From NCBI GenBank assembly GCA_963934255.1, contig CAWVXU010000011.1, positions 1-47,826 of the forward strand: a DNA stretch of 47,826 bases. The letters are read 5' to 3'. Below are positions 46,612 to 47,826 of the stretch, piece after piece (within the stretch, counting starts at the first letter, position 1; each line of letters starts with the position of its first letter). Under the pieces are notes generated by a model that had not been told where the DNA came from, ran no database searches, and saw nothing but the letters and a program-made list of their open reading frames with translations. The position numbers and the translations under genes are program-made. Source of the DNA: an uncultured Fibrobacterales bacterium. Lineage in GTDB: Bacteria; Fibrobacterota; Fibrobacteria; Fibrobacterales; CAWVXU01.

Positions 46612-47673
46612 TTATTTAGAATACTTTAAAAGTGACGTTATGATATTATTGCTAGCACTGCCACCACCATAAAGATTTTTAGAAAAATCTGTTTCGAATT
46701 GATGAGAGTTGTATGCTTCTAAAATTTTGAATTTATCCGAGCCAACTAAAATGTTATAGTTGTTTTCTACTAACTCAACCCATTCTGTTTCTTCTCTCAT
46801 AGTGATACAAGGCTTCCCAAAAAAGAATGCTTCCTTCTGGAGTCCACCACTATCAGTTAATATCATTTTAGAATGAGAAATTAGCCAAACCATATTTAAA
46901 TAGCCAACAGGGTCAATCATTTTAAATTCAACATTCAAGCCATAAGTTTTAATCAGATTACGAGTTCTTGGGTGAATTGGGAGTACTACAGATGTTGATT
47001 TATTAATTTCATTCAATGCTTCAACTATTTCTTTGAGCTTAGACTCATCATCGGTGTTCTCAGCGCGATGAACAGTAGCTAATATATACTCTGACGGTAA
47101 ATCAGTATCTGGTTTTTCAGAATGGTCTGTGTAGAAAACAGCTCCATCTTGCATGACATCACCAGAATTTTCAATTTGAATATCAAGATTAGCATAACCT
47201 TCATTCATTAAATTATCGATTGCCGTTTGAGTTGGGCAAAATAAAATATTACTGACGCGGTCTGTCAAAATTCTATTGACTTCCTCAGGCATTTTCATAT
47301 TAAATGATCGTAAGCCAGCTTCGATATGTGCTAGTTTAATATGTAATTTACTAGCAACAATACCACCTGCAAGAGTGGAGTTTGTATCCCCATAAACCAT
47401 AATCCAATCGGGTGACTCTTTTATCGCAACTTCTTCAATTTTCTCAATCATTTGGCCTGTCATTGCACCATGTGATTTGCCGCCAATTCCCAAGTTATAA
47501 TGAGGCTTTGGTATTTTCATTTCATCAAAAAAGATATCGGACATGTTAGTATCATAATGTTGACCAGTATGAACGATTACTTCATTTATCTCGGAGTGTT
47601 TTTCTATTTCACGGCTAACGCTGCCAGCCTTAATGAACTGAGGTCTTGCACCCAAAATTGTAAGTATTTTCAT
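46612..47673 (-). CDS. wecB: Non-hydrolysing UDP-GlcNAc 2-epimerase family (WecB; GARPQFIK subgroup, WbpI-like)
   Basis: GARPQFIKA, HTGQHYD, YGDTNSTLAG, HIEAGLRS, MPEEVNR, HRAEN, TDSGGLQKEA, TEW. Confidence 0.92.
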   Translation of the reverse strand: MKILTILGARPQFIKAGSVSREIEKHSEINEVIVHTGQHYDTNMSDIFFDEMKIPKPHYNLGIGGKSHGAMTGQMIEKIEEVAIKESPDWIMVYGDTNSTLAGGIVASKLHIKLAHIEAGLRSFNMKMPEEVNRILTDRVSNILFCPTQTAIDNLMNEGYANLDIQIENSGDVMQDGAVFYTDHSEKPDTDLPSEYILATVHRAENTDDESKLKEIVEALNEINKSTSVVLPIHPRTRNLIKTYGLNVEFKMIDPVGYLNMVWLISHSKMILTDSGGLQKEAFFFGKPCITMREETEWVELVENNYNILVGSDKFKILEAYNSHQFETDFSKNLYGGGSASNNIITSLLKYSK

Positions 47674-47825
47674 TAGTTCTCCAAAATTTCAGTATAAATT
47701 GAAATCAGTTTTGCTTCTTCTATAGTCCAATTATACTTTTCTTTAACCGCTTTTTGACCATTAAGTCCCATTTTCTCAGCTAGTTGATCGTTTTCTACGA
47801 TTTTTGTGATGGCTGCTCCAATTTC
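47673..47825 (-). CDS. C-terminal fragment of a GT4 glycosyltransferase (truncated by the window edge; not in the ORF track)
   Basis: Translates EIGAAITKIVENDQLAEKMGLNGQKAVKEKYNWTIEEAKLISIYTEILEN*. TAATG overlap with the wecB start. Confidence 0.8.
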   Translation of the reverse strand, partial: EIGAAITKIVENDQLAEKMGLNGQKAVKEKYNWTIEEAKLISIYTEILEN

Positions 47826-47826
47826 T

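Noticed and set aside
1..47826. Anti-phage defence systems, prophage, IS elements, tRNA/rRNA, or JUMPstart/ops elements
   Set aside because: I recognised no nuclease, integrase, transposase, RNA-gene or GGCGGTAG ops signatures by eye. A formal HMM/Infernal scan was not possible.

Overview
AT-rich bacterial chromosomal segment with about 40 genes. I saw no rRNA, tRNA, CRISPR array or mobile element. Left third (1-17.9 kb): a tightly coupled minus-strand Wzx/Wzy-type surface-polysaccharide operon encoding an SLBB/OPX exporter, Wzz, Wzx, Wzy, a single GT4, an acetyltransferase, four PAPS-dependent sulfotransferases and a Lys-rich GH39-like protein that appears to lack its catalytic nucleophile. 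It faces a divergent WecA-fusion + cysQ unit. This is a candidate pathway for a heavily sulfated, glycosaminoglycan-like bacterial polysaccharide. Middle: OmpA-TSP3, AI-2E, YchJ, AsmA/YhdP-like, DeaD, GH18, GH57, RsmG, an eroded response-regulator pseudogene, an Aas fusion behind a sigma-54-like promoter, SPFH, Fcl and an FKBP. Right end: the 3' part of a second glycan locus (GT4s, WecB/WbpI-like, 4-reductase, PglC-like, PglF, GalE, Wzi-like). Non-coding signals include a candidate C/U-motif small RNA at about 27.2-27.3 kb and a recurring TTTGyTAwwTT-N7-ATG leaderless-promoter pattern. All protein calls come from motif recognition by eye; no database searches were run. Taxonomy cannot be established from the sequence alone.
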